64,000 nucleotides of DNA from an uncultured Desulfatitalea sp. (GCA_937868765.1 CALMNL010000004.1:320749-384748); one strand, 5' to 3'; positions 39,067-50,845 are shown, counted from the stretch's first letter. The notes: generated by a model not told the origin, from the sequence alone. A program made the numbers and translations.

Positions 39067-40438
39067 ACTGCTCCCGATACTTGCGCACCACCTTGAGCGC
39101 GATGATGTTCAGCCCCAGCGTGATGACGAACAGCAGCAGCCCCAGGGCGAAGGCCGCCAGGGTCTTGGGGCTGTCGAACTCCTGATCACCCACCAGCAGC
39201 GTGACGATCTGCACAGTGACCGTGGTGACGGTCTTCAAGGGGTTGAGCGTCAGGTTGGCGGTCAGGCCGGCCGCCATCACCACGATCATGGTCTCGCCGA
39301 TGGCCCGGGAAACCGCCAGGAGCACCCCCCCCACGATGCCCGGCAGGGCGGCGGGCAGGACTACCTGCCGGATGGTTTCGGAATGGGTGGCGCCCAATCC
39401 ATAGGCGCCGTCGCGCAGGGACTGGGGAACGGCGTTGATCATGTCGTCGGAGAGCGACGAAACGAAAGGAATGATCATGATCCCCATCACCAGTCCGGCG
39501 GCCAGCGCGCTTTCGGAGCTGACATCCAGGCCGATGGCATGTCCCGAAGACCGGATCAGGGGCGCCACCGTCAGGGCAGCGAAGAAGCCGTAGACCACGG
39601 TGGGGATGCCGGCCAGAATCTCCATCAGGGGTTTGACCACCGAACGCAACCGCTTGCCGGCATATTCGGACATGTAAATAGCCGCAAGCAGGCCGATGGG
39701 CACGGCCACCAGCATGGCGATGCCCGAGACCAGCAGGGTCCCGGCCAGCACCGGCACAGCCCCAAAAGCGCCCGAGGAGCCCACCTGGTCGCTGCGGATG
39801 GCCATCTGGGGGCTCCACTGCAGGCCGAAGAGAAAGTCGGTGAGGGGCACGGACTTGAAGAAGCGCAGGGCTTCATACAACACCGACAGCACGATGCCGA
39901 TCGTGGTGAAGATGGCGATGGTGGAGCAGGCGCCCAGCAGCCATAGCACCAGGCGCTCCACCTGGTTGCGGGCCCGCAGTCGGATGTGGATACGGCCATA
40001 GGCCGCCCCCAGGCCCGCCAGGGCGGAGGCCAGCACCGCTGCGGCCAGGGCGATGCGGCTGATGGCCTGGAGCCTCAGGTAGAGCTCGGCGGCGGCCTGC
40101 ACGGCCGGTGAAACCTGTCCGACCGGGATGTTGCCGTAGATGATGTTGCGAATGTCGTTGACGATCAGGCTCAGACGGGCCGCGGAGAGGCTTTGCATTT
40201 CTGGCGGCAATTGGGCCACCACCAGGTGGGTAAGCATGCGACCCTCGAGCATCTGCCAGGCCGCGAAAATGATCAGGGCGGGCAGGCCGCACCAGATCGC
40301 CGTCCACATGCCATAGTAGGCCGGCCTGGAGTGCAGTACGCGCACGCTTGTCGGTCCGCCGGCCACGGTCACCGCGCGGCGCAATCCCAAATAGTAGGCA
40401 GCCAGGGTCATCAACAGCAATAAGGTCAGCAGCATCAT
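39059..40438 (-). CDS. pstC: Phosphate ABC transporter permease PstC (long form)
   Basis: 459 aa permease overlapping pstA by 8 nt. AIGETMIVVMAAG motif. Confidence 0.8.
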   Translation of the reverse strand: MMLLTLLLLMTLAAYYLGLRRAVTVAGGPTSVRVLHSRPAYYGMWTAIWCGLPALIIFAAWQMLEGRMLTHLVVAQLPPEMQSLSAARLSLIVNDIRNIIYGNIPVGQVSPAVQAAAELYLRLQAISRIALAAAVLASALAGLGAAYGRIHIRLRARNQVERLVLWLLGACSTIAIFTTIGIVLSVLYEALRFFKSVPLTDFLFGLQWSPQMAIRSDQVGSSGAFGAVPVLAGTLLVSGIAMLVAVPIGLLAAIYMSEYAGKRLRSVVKPLMEILAGIPTVVYGFFAALTVAPLIRSSGHAIGLDVSSESALAAGLVMGIMIIPFVSSLSDDMINAVPQSLRDGAYGLGATHSETIRQVVLPAALPGIVGGVLLAVSRAIGETMIVVMAAGLTANLTLNPLKTVTTVTVQIVTLLVGDQEFDSPKTLAAFALGLLLFVITLGLNIIALKVVRKYREQYE

Positions 40439-40655
40439 GGGGGGAAAGGTACTGCCCAGCTGTTTGGGAATTGTTCGGGTTTTGTTAGATTTGTGTTAGG
40501 AGGTGGGCGGGCATGGCCGTCCTTGGGAAAGATGGGCCGACGGGATTGGGTAGTGCCGTACTGCTGATAGACGGGCCCCGCCGACTGCGGGGCCCTCTAC
40601 CAAAGAGTCGTATATCTGAATACCTGAGATTATTGTGAATGGGTGGGGAGGGTCT

Positions 40656-41045
40656 CTACCACCGATCCCGGTCACGATCCCGGTCGCGTCCACGGCCACC
40701 GCCACCGCCGCCGTATCCGCCGCCACCGCCGCCACCGCCGCCAAAGCCTCCGCCGCCGCCGAATCCGCCGCCGCGAGCGCCTCGGCCGCCGCCGCCCTTA
40801 TTGGTCTGGGGACGGGCTTCATTAACCACAATCTGACGATTTTGCAGGGTTTGGCCGTTCAGGGCCTCCATGGCTTTCTGGCCATCGCCGCGCGATCCCA
40901 TCTCCACGAAACCGAACCCCTTGGATTTGCCCGTCTCGCGATCCGTGATGATCTTGGCACTGACAACCTCGCCGTGTGCTTTGAAAAGATCGGCTAGTTC
41001 GTTTTCGGTCAGGGTGAAGGCAAGATTGCCCACATAAAGCTTCAT
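40656..41045 (-). CDS. RNA-binding protein with one RRM and a glycine-rich / RD-dipeptide C-terminal tail (GRP-like)
   Basis: RNP2 LYVGNL and RNP1 KGFGFVEM. Tail GGGGRGARGGGFGGGGGFGGGGGGGGGYGGGGGGRGRDRDRDRDRW. Confidence 0.85.
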   Translation of the reverse strand: MKLYVGNLAFTLTENELADLFKAHGEVVSAKIITDRETGKSKGFGFVEMGSRGDGQKAMEALNGQTLQNRQIVVNEARPQTNKGGGGRGARGGGFGGGGGFGGGGGGGGGYGGGGGGRGRDRDRDRDRW

Positions 41046-41337
41046 GATCCGTTTCCTCCTAACAAGTGGCTGTAAAAAAGCACACCCCCTCGGTGTGCCA
41101 CGAAAAAAATCAGTACGCCGGATAGAGAAGCATAGGCAAATCGGATGCTTTCATGTACGAAGGCATCCCGAAGCGCAGCAAGGGTCGGCGGCTGTTTAAA
41201 ATGAATACCTGTTGACGTTGACGATGCTGTAAAAAAACCAAACTCAATGAAGCCATAACCTTTTGATGTGTTGGCGTCCTCTTTGGAGCCCATGGCCTGG
41301 CTTCCGGGGAAGACTGCGCACGGCATGAAGGGACAGA

Positions 41338-41349
41338 AATTGTGTACAC
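41338..41349. promoter_or_regulatory. Perfect 12-bp palindrome TTGTGTACACAA within the putative promoter of the RRM gene
   Basis: Lies in a candidate minus-strand promoter (TTGACA...ATTGTG) about 300 nt upstream of the RRM start codon. Confidence 0.3.
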
Positions 41350-41460
41350 AATATCTCAAAATACGATATTGTCAAATCATATTTGGCGTTTTTCAGGCGA
41401 AATCTCCCGCCGGCCGTCCGGCTGGCGGGGCCACCGGAACCACCACAACAGGCAGGGCTT

Positions 41461-41883
41461 ATGGAACGAAACGCTTTTTCCTTCTTTCATCCCTTGCGGG
41501 TCCGCTATGCGGAGATCGATCTCCAGGGGGTGGTGTTCAATGCCCATTATCTGACCTATTTTGACACCGCCATTACCGAGTTCCTGCGTCACAGTGGCTA
41601 CAGCTACAAGGCGATGTTCACCGATCAGGGCCTGGACTTCCACCTGGTCAAGGCCACCGTGGAGTACCTGCGGCCCATCGTGTTCGACCTGGTCATCGAG
41701 ATCGGCGTGGGCGTGAGCCACATCGGCACCTCCAGCGTGATCTTCACTCCGGCCATCTTCGCCCAGGGCCAGGACGAATGCCTGTCCAAGGGGGAGATCA
41801 TCTGGGTCTGTGCCAAGGTGGGCACCCACAAGTCCCATCCGCTGCCCCAGGCATTCGTCGCCATGTTCCGGCAGGAGAGTTGA
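41461..41883 (+). CDS. Acyl-CoA thioesterase, hot-dog fold (4HBT / YbgC-like)
   Basis: FSFFHPLRVRYAEIDLQGVVFNAHYLTYFDTA is a typical 4HBT motif (D-x-x-G-H-V-N-N-A-x-Y). Confidence 0.7.
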   Translation: MERNAFSFFHPLRVRYAEIDLQGVVFNAHYLTYFDTAITEFLRHSGYSYKAMFTDQGLDFHLVKATVEYLRPIVFDLVIEIGVGVSHIGTSSVIFTPAIFAQGQDECLSKGEIIWVCAKVGTHKSHPLPQAFVAMFRQES

Positions 41884-41958
41884 CACGCCGCCCATCTGGT
41901 CCAATGTTGGCCGCCGACGGTCATGAAACAAAAAAACAGCCGCAGGAAAGGCGCCCCC

Positions 41959-42678
41959 ATGAAACGCATCGGCATTATCGGCGGGATCGGACCGGAATCC
42001 ACAGCGGACTATTACCGCCGCATCATCGATCTGTTCAAGGCCCGGGCAGATGGCTTGACTTACCCGGAGATCGTCATTTTCAGCGCGAATCTGGGAGAAT
42101 TGATTCGCCTGCAAGATGAGGCCACCGCCTCGGGAGACTGGAACCGGTTCATCGCATGGCTTTCAGAGCGGGTGGCGGCGTTGCATGCGGCCGGTGCCCA
42201 ATTCGGGGCGATCGGATCGAACACGCCCCATATCGTCTTCGACGCGGTTCAGGCGCGGTCTCCCATTCCCCTTTTGAGCATCGTGGCGGCCACCTGCCGG
42301 CATGCCCGGGCGCTGGGGGTGCGCAAGCTCGGCCTGCTGGGGACCCGGCTGACCATGAGCGCGGATTTCTACACCGACCTGTTCAGGCGCCACGCTATGG
42401 AGCTGGTGGTACCGGAAGCCGCCGAACGCGACCGAATCCAACACCTGCTCTTTACCGAGATCGAATTGGGCATTCTACGGGATGAGACCCGCCAGGAACT
42501 GCTGGCCATGGTAAAGCGGATGATCGATACCCACGGCATCGAGGCATTGATCCTGGGGTGTACCGAACTGCCCCTGATTCTGCCCGAGGACGCTTTCGGC
42601 ATCCCTTTCCTCAACACCACGGCTATTCACGTCCAGGCCATTGTAGAGCATTGCCTCGACGAAAGGGGCACCCGCTGA
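41959..42678 (+). CDS. Aspartate/glutamate racemase family protein
   Basis: MKRIGIIGGIGPESTADYY..., with a second catalytic region LILGCTELPL (Cys/Thr). Confidence 0.75.
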   Translation: MKRIGIIGGIGPESTADYYRRIIDLFKARADGLTYPEIVIFSANLGELIRLQDEATASGDWNRFIAWLSERVAALHAAGAQFGAIGSNTPHIVFDAVQARSPIPLLSIVAATCRHARALGVRKLGLLGTRLTMSADFYTDLFRRHAMELVVPEAAERDRIQHLLFTEIELGILRDETRQELLAMVKRMIDTHGIEALILGCTELPLILPEDAFGIPFLNTTAIHVQAIVEHCLDERGTR

Positions 42679-42826
42679 GGCGACCTAAAAACCCTTCCCT
42701 TGACTCAAGTCAAGGCGCCCCCGCGCCGATGATCGTAGATAGCCATCATGCCCCCTCGAGGCTCGATAGCACATCAGAGAGGGCGCCGTCCGCCATCGGC
42801 AGGACGGTTTCGGGAAGGAGACATGC

Positions 42827-43033
42827 ATGACCTCCACCATCGACCTTTACAATCGGCTCAAAGAGATCGACCTGGAAATCAAAGAGGCCAAATTGCGCCT
42901 GCCGGCCCACTCCATCAAGCCGGTCCTGATGATGGCCCTTTTCGAACTGGAAGACGAGCGGGACCGCATCTTGAACCAGCTGAAAACGCAGCCCCAGGGC
43001 CCGATGGGCGTCGCCCCATGCCAGCAACCGTAG
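42827..43033 (+). CDS. Small hypothetical protein (68 aa)
   Basis: Strong RBS GGAAGGAG. MTSTIDLYNRLKEIDLEIKEAKLRL... helical. The last 17 nt overlap the start of the next ORF. Confidence 0.5.
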   Translation: MTSTIDLYNRLKEIDLEIKEAKLRLPAHSIKPVLMMALFELEDERDRILNQLKTQPQGPMGVAPCQQP

Positions 43034-43632
43034 CAGAGGCCTGCCGCGAAACCCGCATCCGCTTGGCGTCGGTGGATTGGCCTGTGGTTGCGGGCTGCAT
43101 GGGCAAGCTGCCCATGCCCGAAGGAATTCGGATTCCGTTCTTCGGGGAGGCGTACTGGATCGGCCCCCAGGGATGCCACACCGTAAGCGGTGATCCAGCG
43201 TCCGAAGCCGTGGAATTGGTCCTGAACCGATATGTGCTTCGCTTCCCCGCTTTAGCGCCCCCCGACGGCGCCTGCGTAACCTTTCGCGAGCTGGAAGGCG
43301 CCGGCCCCCTCAGCCAACGCTTTGCCGACAACACCCAGAAAATCATCACCACAACCTTCGGCCGTTCGGCGGATCGACTGCGAGCAGCCGCACAGACGGT
43401 GAAGGGATGCCGTCCTCACCCGAAGCGCGGCTTTGACCTGGCCTTATCCTTCGAGGCCCTGCCCCAACTGCCGCTTTACCTGCAATTCAACGCCGAAGAC
43501 GATGAGTTGCCGGCCCAGGCCGCCTTGCTCTTCCATTGCTCGGCGGCGGTCTATCTGGACCTTCAGACGCTTTTCATCGTCGCCACCTACCTCACCGGCC
43601 GGCTCATCACCGCAGTCGGCCGGAATCCATAG
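43017..43632 (+). CDS. Hypothetical protein (205 aa), possibly DUF3786-like
   Basis: MPATVAEACRETRIRLASVDWPVVAGCMGKL... The upstream part of the 294-aa track ORF is an Arg/Pro-rich out-of-frame artefact. The family guess is from memory only. Confidence 0.45.
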
Positions 43633-43663
43633 GCGCCGAGAACCACCGATCTCTCGAATCCCA

Positions 43664-44488
43664 TCACCGCCAGATGATACCGGCCGTCTTGCGCAGCGGC
43701 AGACGGTAGTACCGGTATTTGGGATACCCCACCATCATGGCCCCGAACACCATGTTGCCGGGCGGCAGGGCCAGGGCGTCCATCAGCGGTTGCCAGAGCT
43801 GGGAAGCACCGGTGAAATAACCGGCCCAGCAGCCACCCAGGCCCTGGGCAGTGATCATCAGTTCAAGATAGGTCAGGGCAATGGTGCAGCTGGATTGCGA
43901 GGCGCGATGGGCCTGGGGTGCGTGAGCCACGATCACATGCGGTGCGCCCCGGAAGATCCGTTCGGTGCCGGCCTCCCAGCTTTTGATCACCAGATCCAGG
44001 TGCAGCATGGCGGCCAGCGGCGACTTTTCGGCCACCAGGTGGCGCATCCAGTCGATCACCAGGCCGGCCAGACGGCGCACCTCCTGATCGTCATAAACCA
44101 CCAGCCACTCCACCGGCTGGCTGTTGTGACCGGAAGGCGCATGGCGCGCGACCTCGATCAACCGGCCCAGCAGATCCCGCGGCACCTTCTTCTGCTTGTA
44201 ACGCCGGATGGATCGGCGCATACGCAGAAATTGCTCGGCCTGTTCGGCGGAGATCAGCAACTCTTTGCGGATCGGTGGGCACTGGTCGGCCGGCATGGCA
44301 CTATGGTTCATGGCGCCATGGGGGCAGACAGCCACACAATGGCCGCACTGAATACACAGCTCTTCACCGCCCGGCACCAGGGCCGGCAGCTCCTGCTCCG
44401 ATTTGAGTTTGATGATGCCCATGGGGCAGGTATCCACACAGATCCCGTCCCGCTTGCATTTTTCCGCGTCCACACTGAGAAGGGTCAT
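43664..44488 (-). CDS. Nitroreductase-family protein with an N-terminal 2x[4Fe-4S] ferredoxin domain
   Basis: CKRDGICVDTCPMG and CIQCGHCVAVCPHG cluster motifs, then RRSIRRYKQKKVP...HAPSGHNSQPVEW (nitroreductase). GGAAGGAAAGG RBS. Confidence 0.75.
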   Translation of the reverse strand: MTLLSVDAEKCKRDGICVDTCPMGIIKLKSEQELPALVPGGEELCIQCGHCVAVCPHGAMNHSAMPADQCPPIRKELLISAEQAEQFLRMRRSIRRYKQKKVPRDLLGRLIEVARHAPSGHNSQPVEWLVVYDDQEVRRLAGLVIDWMRHLVAEKSPLAAMLHLDLVIKSWEAGTERIFRGAPHVIVAHAPQAHRASQSSCTIALTYLELMITAQGLGGCWAGYFTGASQLWQPLMDALALPPGNMVFGAMMVGYPKYRYYRLPLRKTAGIIWR

Positions 44489-44670
44489 TGGCCACCTTTC
44501 CTTCCGATGATTAAGGGTCCTTGTTTCGATATTGATATTGTAACAGAATCGGCGTGTCTCCGACAATAGATCCTGGGCTGGATAATCCGGTTTGACACCC
44601 GGCCCTTGGATGACCTATTTATCCGCAAACAGATTGTCAAAGATGTTCGATTACAAAGGAGCGTTCCGCC

Positions 44671-46380
<1,710 letters not shown>

Positions 46381-46384
46381 CAGT

Positions 46385-48541
46385 ATGCCCCACGGCAGCA
46401 CCTTTTTTGAAATCACCGCCATCCTGAGCCTGGCGACCATGCTAGGTATCGTGGGGCAGAAGCTGCGCCAGCCGCTGATCATCATGTTTCTGGCCACGGG
46501 CATCCTGGCCGGCCCTTCGTTTCTGGGCATCATCCAAAGCTACGACCAGATCGCCCTGCTGGCCCAGATCGGCATTTCTCTGCTGCTCTTCATCGTGGGG
46601 CTCAAGCTGGACCTGAACCTGATCCGAACCACCGGGCCGGTGGCCCTGGCCACCGGCCTGGGCCAGATCATCTTTACTTCGGCCATCGGCTTCGCCATCG
46701 CCTGGGCCCTGGGCATGGCGCCCGTCAGCGCGGCCTATGTGGCCGTTGCCCTGACCTTTTCCAGCACCATCATCGTGGTCAAATTGCTCTCGGACAAGAA
46801 GGAGATCGACTCCCTGCACGGCCAGATCGCCGTGGGCTTTCTCATCGTCCAGGATATCGCCGCCATCCTGGCCCTGGTGGCCTTGACCACCTTCGGCTCC
46901 CAGGTCAACGCAGGGAACTCGGCCTGGTGGCTCTCGGCGGCCATCGTGACCAAAGGCCTGGGGCTGCTGGCGGTGGTGGCCCTGCTGACACGCTTCGTGC
47001 TGCCGGGGCTCACCCGCCGCCTGGCCGGTTTCCAGGAGCTGCTTATCCTATTCGCCGTCGCCTGGGCCGTCTTTCTGGGGGCCGCCGGCGAACTGCTGGG
47101 GTTCAGCAAGGAGGTGGGGGCCTTTCTGGCCGGCGTATCGCTGGCCTCCACCGCCTACCGCGACGCCATCGGCGCGCGCATGACGAGCCTGCGGGATTTT
47201 CTGCTGCTCTTTTTCTTCATCGACCTGGGGGCTCGCATGGATTGGTCGACCGTAGGCTCCCAGGTGGAAGCGACCGTAATCTTTTCACTCTTCGTACTAG
47301 TGGGGAACCCGGTGATCGTCCTGGCCATCATGGGCTTCATGGGCTACCGTCGCCGCACCGGCTTCATGGCCGGCCTGACCGTGGCCCAAATCAGCGAATT
47401 TTCTCTCATCGTGGCAGCCATGGGCGTTTCCGTAGGCCACATCACCAACCAGGACATGGGGCTGATCACCCTGGTGGGAGTGGTCACCATCTTGGCCTCC
47501 ACCTATCTGATTCTCTACTCCGGTCCGCTCTACCGACTGCTCTCCACGCCGCTGAAGATTTTCGAGCGGCGCAATCCCTACCGCGAGACGGCCATCGCTT
47601 CATTTTCCACCATCGCGCCGGTGGATGTCATCCTGGTGGGGTTGGGCAACTACGGCAGCGGTCTGGCCGACTATCTGCTGCGGCGCAACAAGAACATCAT
47701 CGGCGTAGACTTCGACCCGGTGGCCCTGGAACGGTGGCGCGCCCGGGGGATCTCGGTGCTCTACGGCGACATGAGCGATCCGGAGATTCATGAACAGCTG
47801 CCCCTGACCAGAGCACGCTGGGTGGTGAGCACGGTGCGCTCCAGGGAGATCAATCTGGCCATGCTGCGCCAGTTGCAACAACGGGATTATTCGGGAAAGG
47901 TGGCTTTGACCGCGGCCACCCAGGACGAAGCCGCCCTTTTCGAAGAGCACGGCGCCCAGGTGGTGTTCCGGCCGTTCGCCGACGCGGCCGAACAGGCGGC
48001 CGACGCCCTGACCCATGCCATGGACGTGCTACCGGCCAACGTCAACTGGCCCATCGCCTTCCGGGAGGTGCGCATCCAGACGGGCGCTGCCTTTGCCGGC
48101 CAGACCATCCGGGAAATTCCCCTGCGATCGATTACCGGCGTGTCGATCCTGGCGGTCAGCCGTGCCGGTCGGGTCAATTTCGATCTGGGCCCGGACTTCC
48201 GCATTTACCCTGGCGACCGCCTGGTGATCATGGGGCCGCCGGACGAGTTGCGCCATGCCGAAGGGTTGCTCAAGCAGTTCCAGGAGGGTGAAAGCGAAGA
48301 TGCGCCCGATCACTTCGTAGTGGCCGAAATCGAATTGAACGACCACTCGCCCAACGTTCACAAGACCCTGGCAGAGACCCAATTCCGGCAAAAGCACGGC
48401 GTAACGGTGGTGGGGATCCGACGCGACAAGAAACAGATCACCAGTCCCGGTCCGGACGAACTGCTGGCGCCCGGAGACCACCTGATCGTCATCGGCGGTG
48501 CCCGCAAACTCGAAGCCTTGAAGAAACGATCACCGCTTTGA
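46385..48541 (+). CDS. Monovalent cation:proton antiporter-2 (CPA2, Kef/YbaL-like) with a TrkA-N domain and two TrkA-C (RCK_C) domains
   Basis: 12-13 TM Na+/H+ exchanger core. GLGNYGSG Rossmann motif. Two RCK_C-like segments near the C-terminus. Confidence 0.8.
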   Translation: MPHGSTFFEITAILSLATMLGIVGQKLRQPLIIMFLATGILAGPSFLGIIQSYDQIALLAQIGISLLLFIVGLKLDLNLIRTTGPVALATGLGQIIFTSAIGFAIAWALGMAPVSAAYVAVALTFSSTIIVVKLLSDKKEIDSLHGQIAVGFLIVQDIAAILALVALTTFGSQVNAGNSAWWLSAAIVTKGLGLLAVVALLTRFVLPGLTRRLAGFQELLILFAVAWAVFLGAAGELLGFSKEVGAFLAGVSLASTAYRDAIGARMTSLRDFLLLFFFIDLGARMDWSTVGSQVEATVIFSLFVLVGNPVIVLAIMGFMGYRRRTGFMAGLTVAQISEFSLIVAAMGVSVGHITNQDMGLITLVGVVTILASTYLILYSGPLYRLLSTPLKIFERRNPYRETAIASFSTIAPVDVILVGLGNYGSGLADYLLRRNKNIIGVDFDPVALERWRARGISVLYGDMSDPEIHEQLPLTRARWVVSTVRSREINLAMLRQLQQRDYSGKVALTAATQDEAALFEEHGAQVVFRPFADAAEQAADALTHAMDVLPANVNWPIAFREVRIQTGAAFAGQTIREIPLRSITGVSILAVSRAGRVNFDLGPDFRIYPGDRLVIMGPPDELRHAEGLLKQFQEGESEDAPDHFVVAEIELNDHSPNVHKTLAETQFRQKHGVTVVGIRRDKKQITSPGPDELLAPGDHLIVIGGARKLEALKKRSPL

Positions 48542-48799
48542 AAGTGGCCGTCGCTATGCGGCGACACCTTTCCGGTGAGGGGGCAAGCGGCCCGTCTCGT
48601 AGCGCAAGCACCACCGCTCCCCAAAGGCCTTGTTTACGTCCAAAGCCGTGGGGCTGTCTCATGCCGGCCAGCAGGGCAGTGAGCGGTATGCGAGTGTTCA
48701 CAACTCTGGGGCAGACGGCGCGATTGGATGCATGATCGTCGATGGGATGGCGAATGAACTGCTTTCCTGAACTGCCCGGCGGATGGAAACCAATAGTGG

Positions 48800-48976
48800 T
48801 CAGACTTGCTCGAGCTCTTTGAGTCTCTGGACAGCGGCCTCGCGAACTTCGTCGCTCTTGTCGTTTTTGAGCACCTGTTGCAGCAAGGCCGCATCGCTGG
48901 TCTGGTTGACCGCATTGATTCTGACCTTGGGATCGCTGCGCACGATTTTGGGTAAGAAAAGATCCGAGAACTTCAT
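48800..48976 (-). CDS. Small hypothetical protein (58 aa), helical/HEAT-like
   Basis: MKFSDLFLPKIVRSDPKVRINAVNQTSDAALLQQVLKNDKSDEVREAAVQRLKELEQV. GGAGGG RBS. Lower GC. The rest of the 295-aa track ORF is antisense to nfo. Confidence 0.45.
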   Translation of the reverse strand: MKFSDLFLPKIVRSDPKVRINAVNQTSDAALLQQVLKNDKSDEVREAAVQRLKELEQV

Positions 48977-49081
48977 TTTTGCCCTCCAATCGTTAGAGTT
49001 GGTGGTTATTCTATTCGTTACCAAACCAAGCCTTAGATTAAAAGGAAAACCGACAAACTTTTTCAATTTCAGGAGCCCCTC

Positions 49082-49933
49082 ATGAAATATATCGGCGCCC
49101 ATGTCAGCATCGCCGGCGGCGTGGAAAACGCCCCGCTCAACGCCCGGGCCATCGGGGCCACGGCCTTTGCGTTGTTTACCAAGAACCAGCGCCAGTGGCA
49201 GGCCAAGCCGCTGAGCGCCCAGAGCATCAAGGCGTTCACGAGCAACTGCGCGGATAACGGCTACGCCCCTCGCCACATCCTGCCCCACGACAGCTACCTG
49301 ATCAACCTGGGTCACCCCGAGGCCGAGCCGCTCGCCAAATCCCGCAAGGCCTTCATCGACGAATTCCAGCGCTGCGAGCAACTCGGGCTGGTCTATCTCA
49401 ACTTTCACCCGGGCAGTCACCTGGGTAAAACCTCCGAGCGCCGCTGTCTGGCCCTCATCGCCGAATCTATCAACCTGGCCCTGGACCGGACCCGGGGCGT
49501 GACGGCGGTGATCGAGAACACCGCAGGCCAGGGCAGCAATGTGGGCCACCGGTTCGAGCATCTGGCCGAAATCATCGAGGAAGTTGAGGACAAATCCCGG
49601 GTGGGGGTGTGCCTGGATACCTGCCACAGCTTCACGGCCGGGTACAACATCGCCACGGAGCAGGGCTATAACGACGCCTTGAACCAATTCGACCGCATCG
49701 TGGGATTGCGCTATCTAAAGGGGATGCACCTGAACGATTCGCTCAAAGGCGAAGGCAGCCGCGTGGACCGCCACGCCAGCCTGGGCAAAGGCACTCTGGG
49801 CCTGGCGCCCTTCGGCTTCATCATGAACGATCCGCGCCTGGACGACATCCCCCTGATCCTGGAGACCCCCGACGAGAGCCTTTGGTCCGAAGAGATCAAA
49901 CTGCTGGCGGGTATGGAGAAGAAACGCCGGTAG
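49082..49933 (+). CDS. nfo: Endonuclease IV (Nfo), AP endonuclease family 2
   Basis: [40 protein letters not shown]. 283 aa. Confidence 0.9.
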   Translation: MKYIGAHVSIAGGVENAPLNARAIGATAFALFTKNQRQWQAKPLSAQSIKAFTSNCADNGYAPRHILPHDSYLINLGHPEAEPLAKSRKAFIDEFQRCEQLGLVYLNFHPGSHLGKTSERRCLALIAESINLALDRTRGVTAVIENTAGQGSNVGHRFEHLAEIIEEVEDKSRVGVCLDTCHSFTAGYNIATEQGYNDALNQFDRIVGLRYLKGMHLNDSLKGEGSRVDRHASLGKGTLGLAPFGFIMNDPRLDDIPLILETPDESLWSEEIKLLAGMEKKRR

Positions 49934-49944
49934 GCCGAAAAGAA

Positions 49945-49971
49945 GGGGCGGGTCATTTACGGACCCGCCCC
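49945..49971. terminator. Bidirectional rho-independent terminator between nfo and cspA (GGGGCGGGTCatttacgGACCCGCCCC)
   Basis: 10-bp GC-rich stem. Followed by a T-rich run on the minus strand (TTCTTTTC) and CTATTCATT on the plus strand. Confidence 0.6.
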
Positions 49972-49994
49972 CTATTCATTCGAAAGGTCTCGGT

Positions 49995-50195
49995 CTAGAC
50001 CACGGTGACGTTAACCGCCGCCGGTCCTTTTTGCCCTTGTTCCACCGTGAAGGTCACGCGGTCGCCTTCGTTGAGGGTACGGAAGCCTTTGGCATTGATG
50101 CCGGAATGATGCACGAACACGTCCGGTCCGTTTTCCTGCTCGATGAAGCCGTAGCCTTTTTTCTCGTTAAACCACTTGACTGTGCCGTTGGCCAT
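49995..50195 (-). CDS. cspA: Cold-shock protein (CspA family)
   Basis: [31 protein letters not shown] (RNP1/RNP2 KGYGFI, VFVHH). Confidence 0.9.
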   Translation of the reverse strand: MANGTVKWFNEKKGYGFIEQENGPDVFVHHSGINAKGFRTLNEGDRVTFTVEQGQKGPAAVNVTVV

Positions 50196-50316
50196 AGTGA
50201 CGTCCTCCTTTCATAAAATTCTCTTAGTCCTAAACTTCAGGTCGCCACCTGGCATTTTGCACCTTCAGCTCAAAACCGGCCTCGAATAGACGGCAGGCCT
50301 TTCAAGATTAAACAGC

Positions 50317-50344
50317 ATTTTATTCGGCATCTGCATTATGTCAA
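50317..50344 (-). promoter_or_regulatory. sigma70-type promoter for cspA (TTGACA-16-TAAAAT) giving a 5' UTR of about 120-150 nt
   Basis: Minus-strand cTTGACAtaatgcagatgccgaaTAAAATg. A long leader is typical of cold-shock genes. Confidence 0.5.
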
Positions 50345-50476
50345 GTATTTTCAAGGGGCAGCGGTTTTGGCCCGAGTTTGGAATTGACAATGCGTCCGGC
50401 CTGGGATTAGTTGCCGCCTGACCATCCCTTTCAAAACATTTACACCACCCATCCCGAAGGGCAAAAGGAGCCACCC

Positions 50477-50845
50477 ATGAGCGACCTGGGGAACCAGAGA
50501 GAAATCGATTTCAGCGTTGATAAAGACAATCTGTACCGGGAGGAATCCATCACCGATCTGAGAGCGGCCGCCATCCGCCACCTGGTGCCCATCCGGGCCG
50601 ATGGCAGCGACGATCCCGGCCGTGCGCCGATCTTTATCGGCAGCAGCCAGCTCATGACCCCCGAGGGCCCCCTGCCCATCCAGGCACGCCTGATGGCCAA
50701 CAACCTGGCCGAGGCTTACACCGAGTTCCCCAAGGCCATGCAGCAGGCGCTCCAGGAGGTGATCGCCCAGATTCAAGAGCTGCGCCAGCAGCAGGCCGCC
50801 AAGAAGCGCAGCGAACAATCGCGAATCATCGTCCCCGGGCGATAG
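50477..50845 (+). CDS. Hypothetical protein (122 aa)
   Basis: AAAGGAG RBS. MSDLGNQREIDFSVDKDNLYREESITDLRAAAIRHLVPIRADGSDDPGR... Confidence 0.5.
   Translation: MSDLGNQREIDFSVDKDNLYREESITDLRAAAIRHLVPIRADGSDDPGRAPIFIGSSQLMTPEGPLPIQARLMANNLAEAYTEFPKAMQQALQEVIAQIQELRQQQAAKKRSEQSRIIVPGR

Noticed and set aside
40639-40997. Three plus-strand ORFs encoding poly-Pro/Arg/Ala (for example PPPPPYPPPPPPPPKPPPP)
   Set aside because: They are antisense or frame-shifted readings of the GGC/GGT glycine-codon repeats of the RRM protein tail. This is compositional artefact with no RBS.
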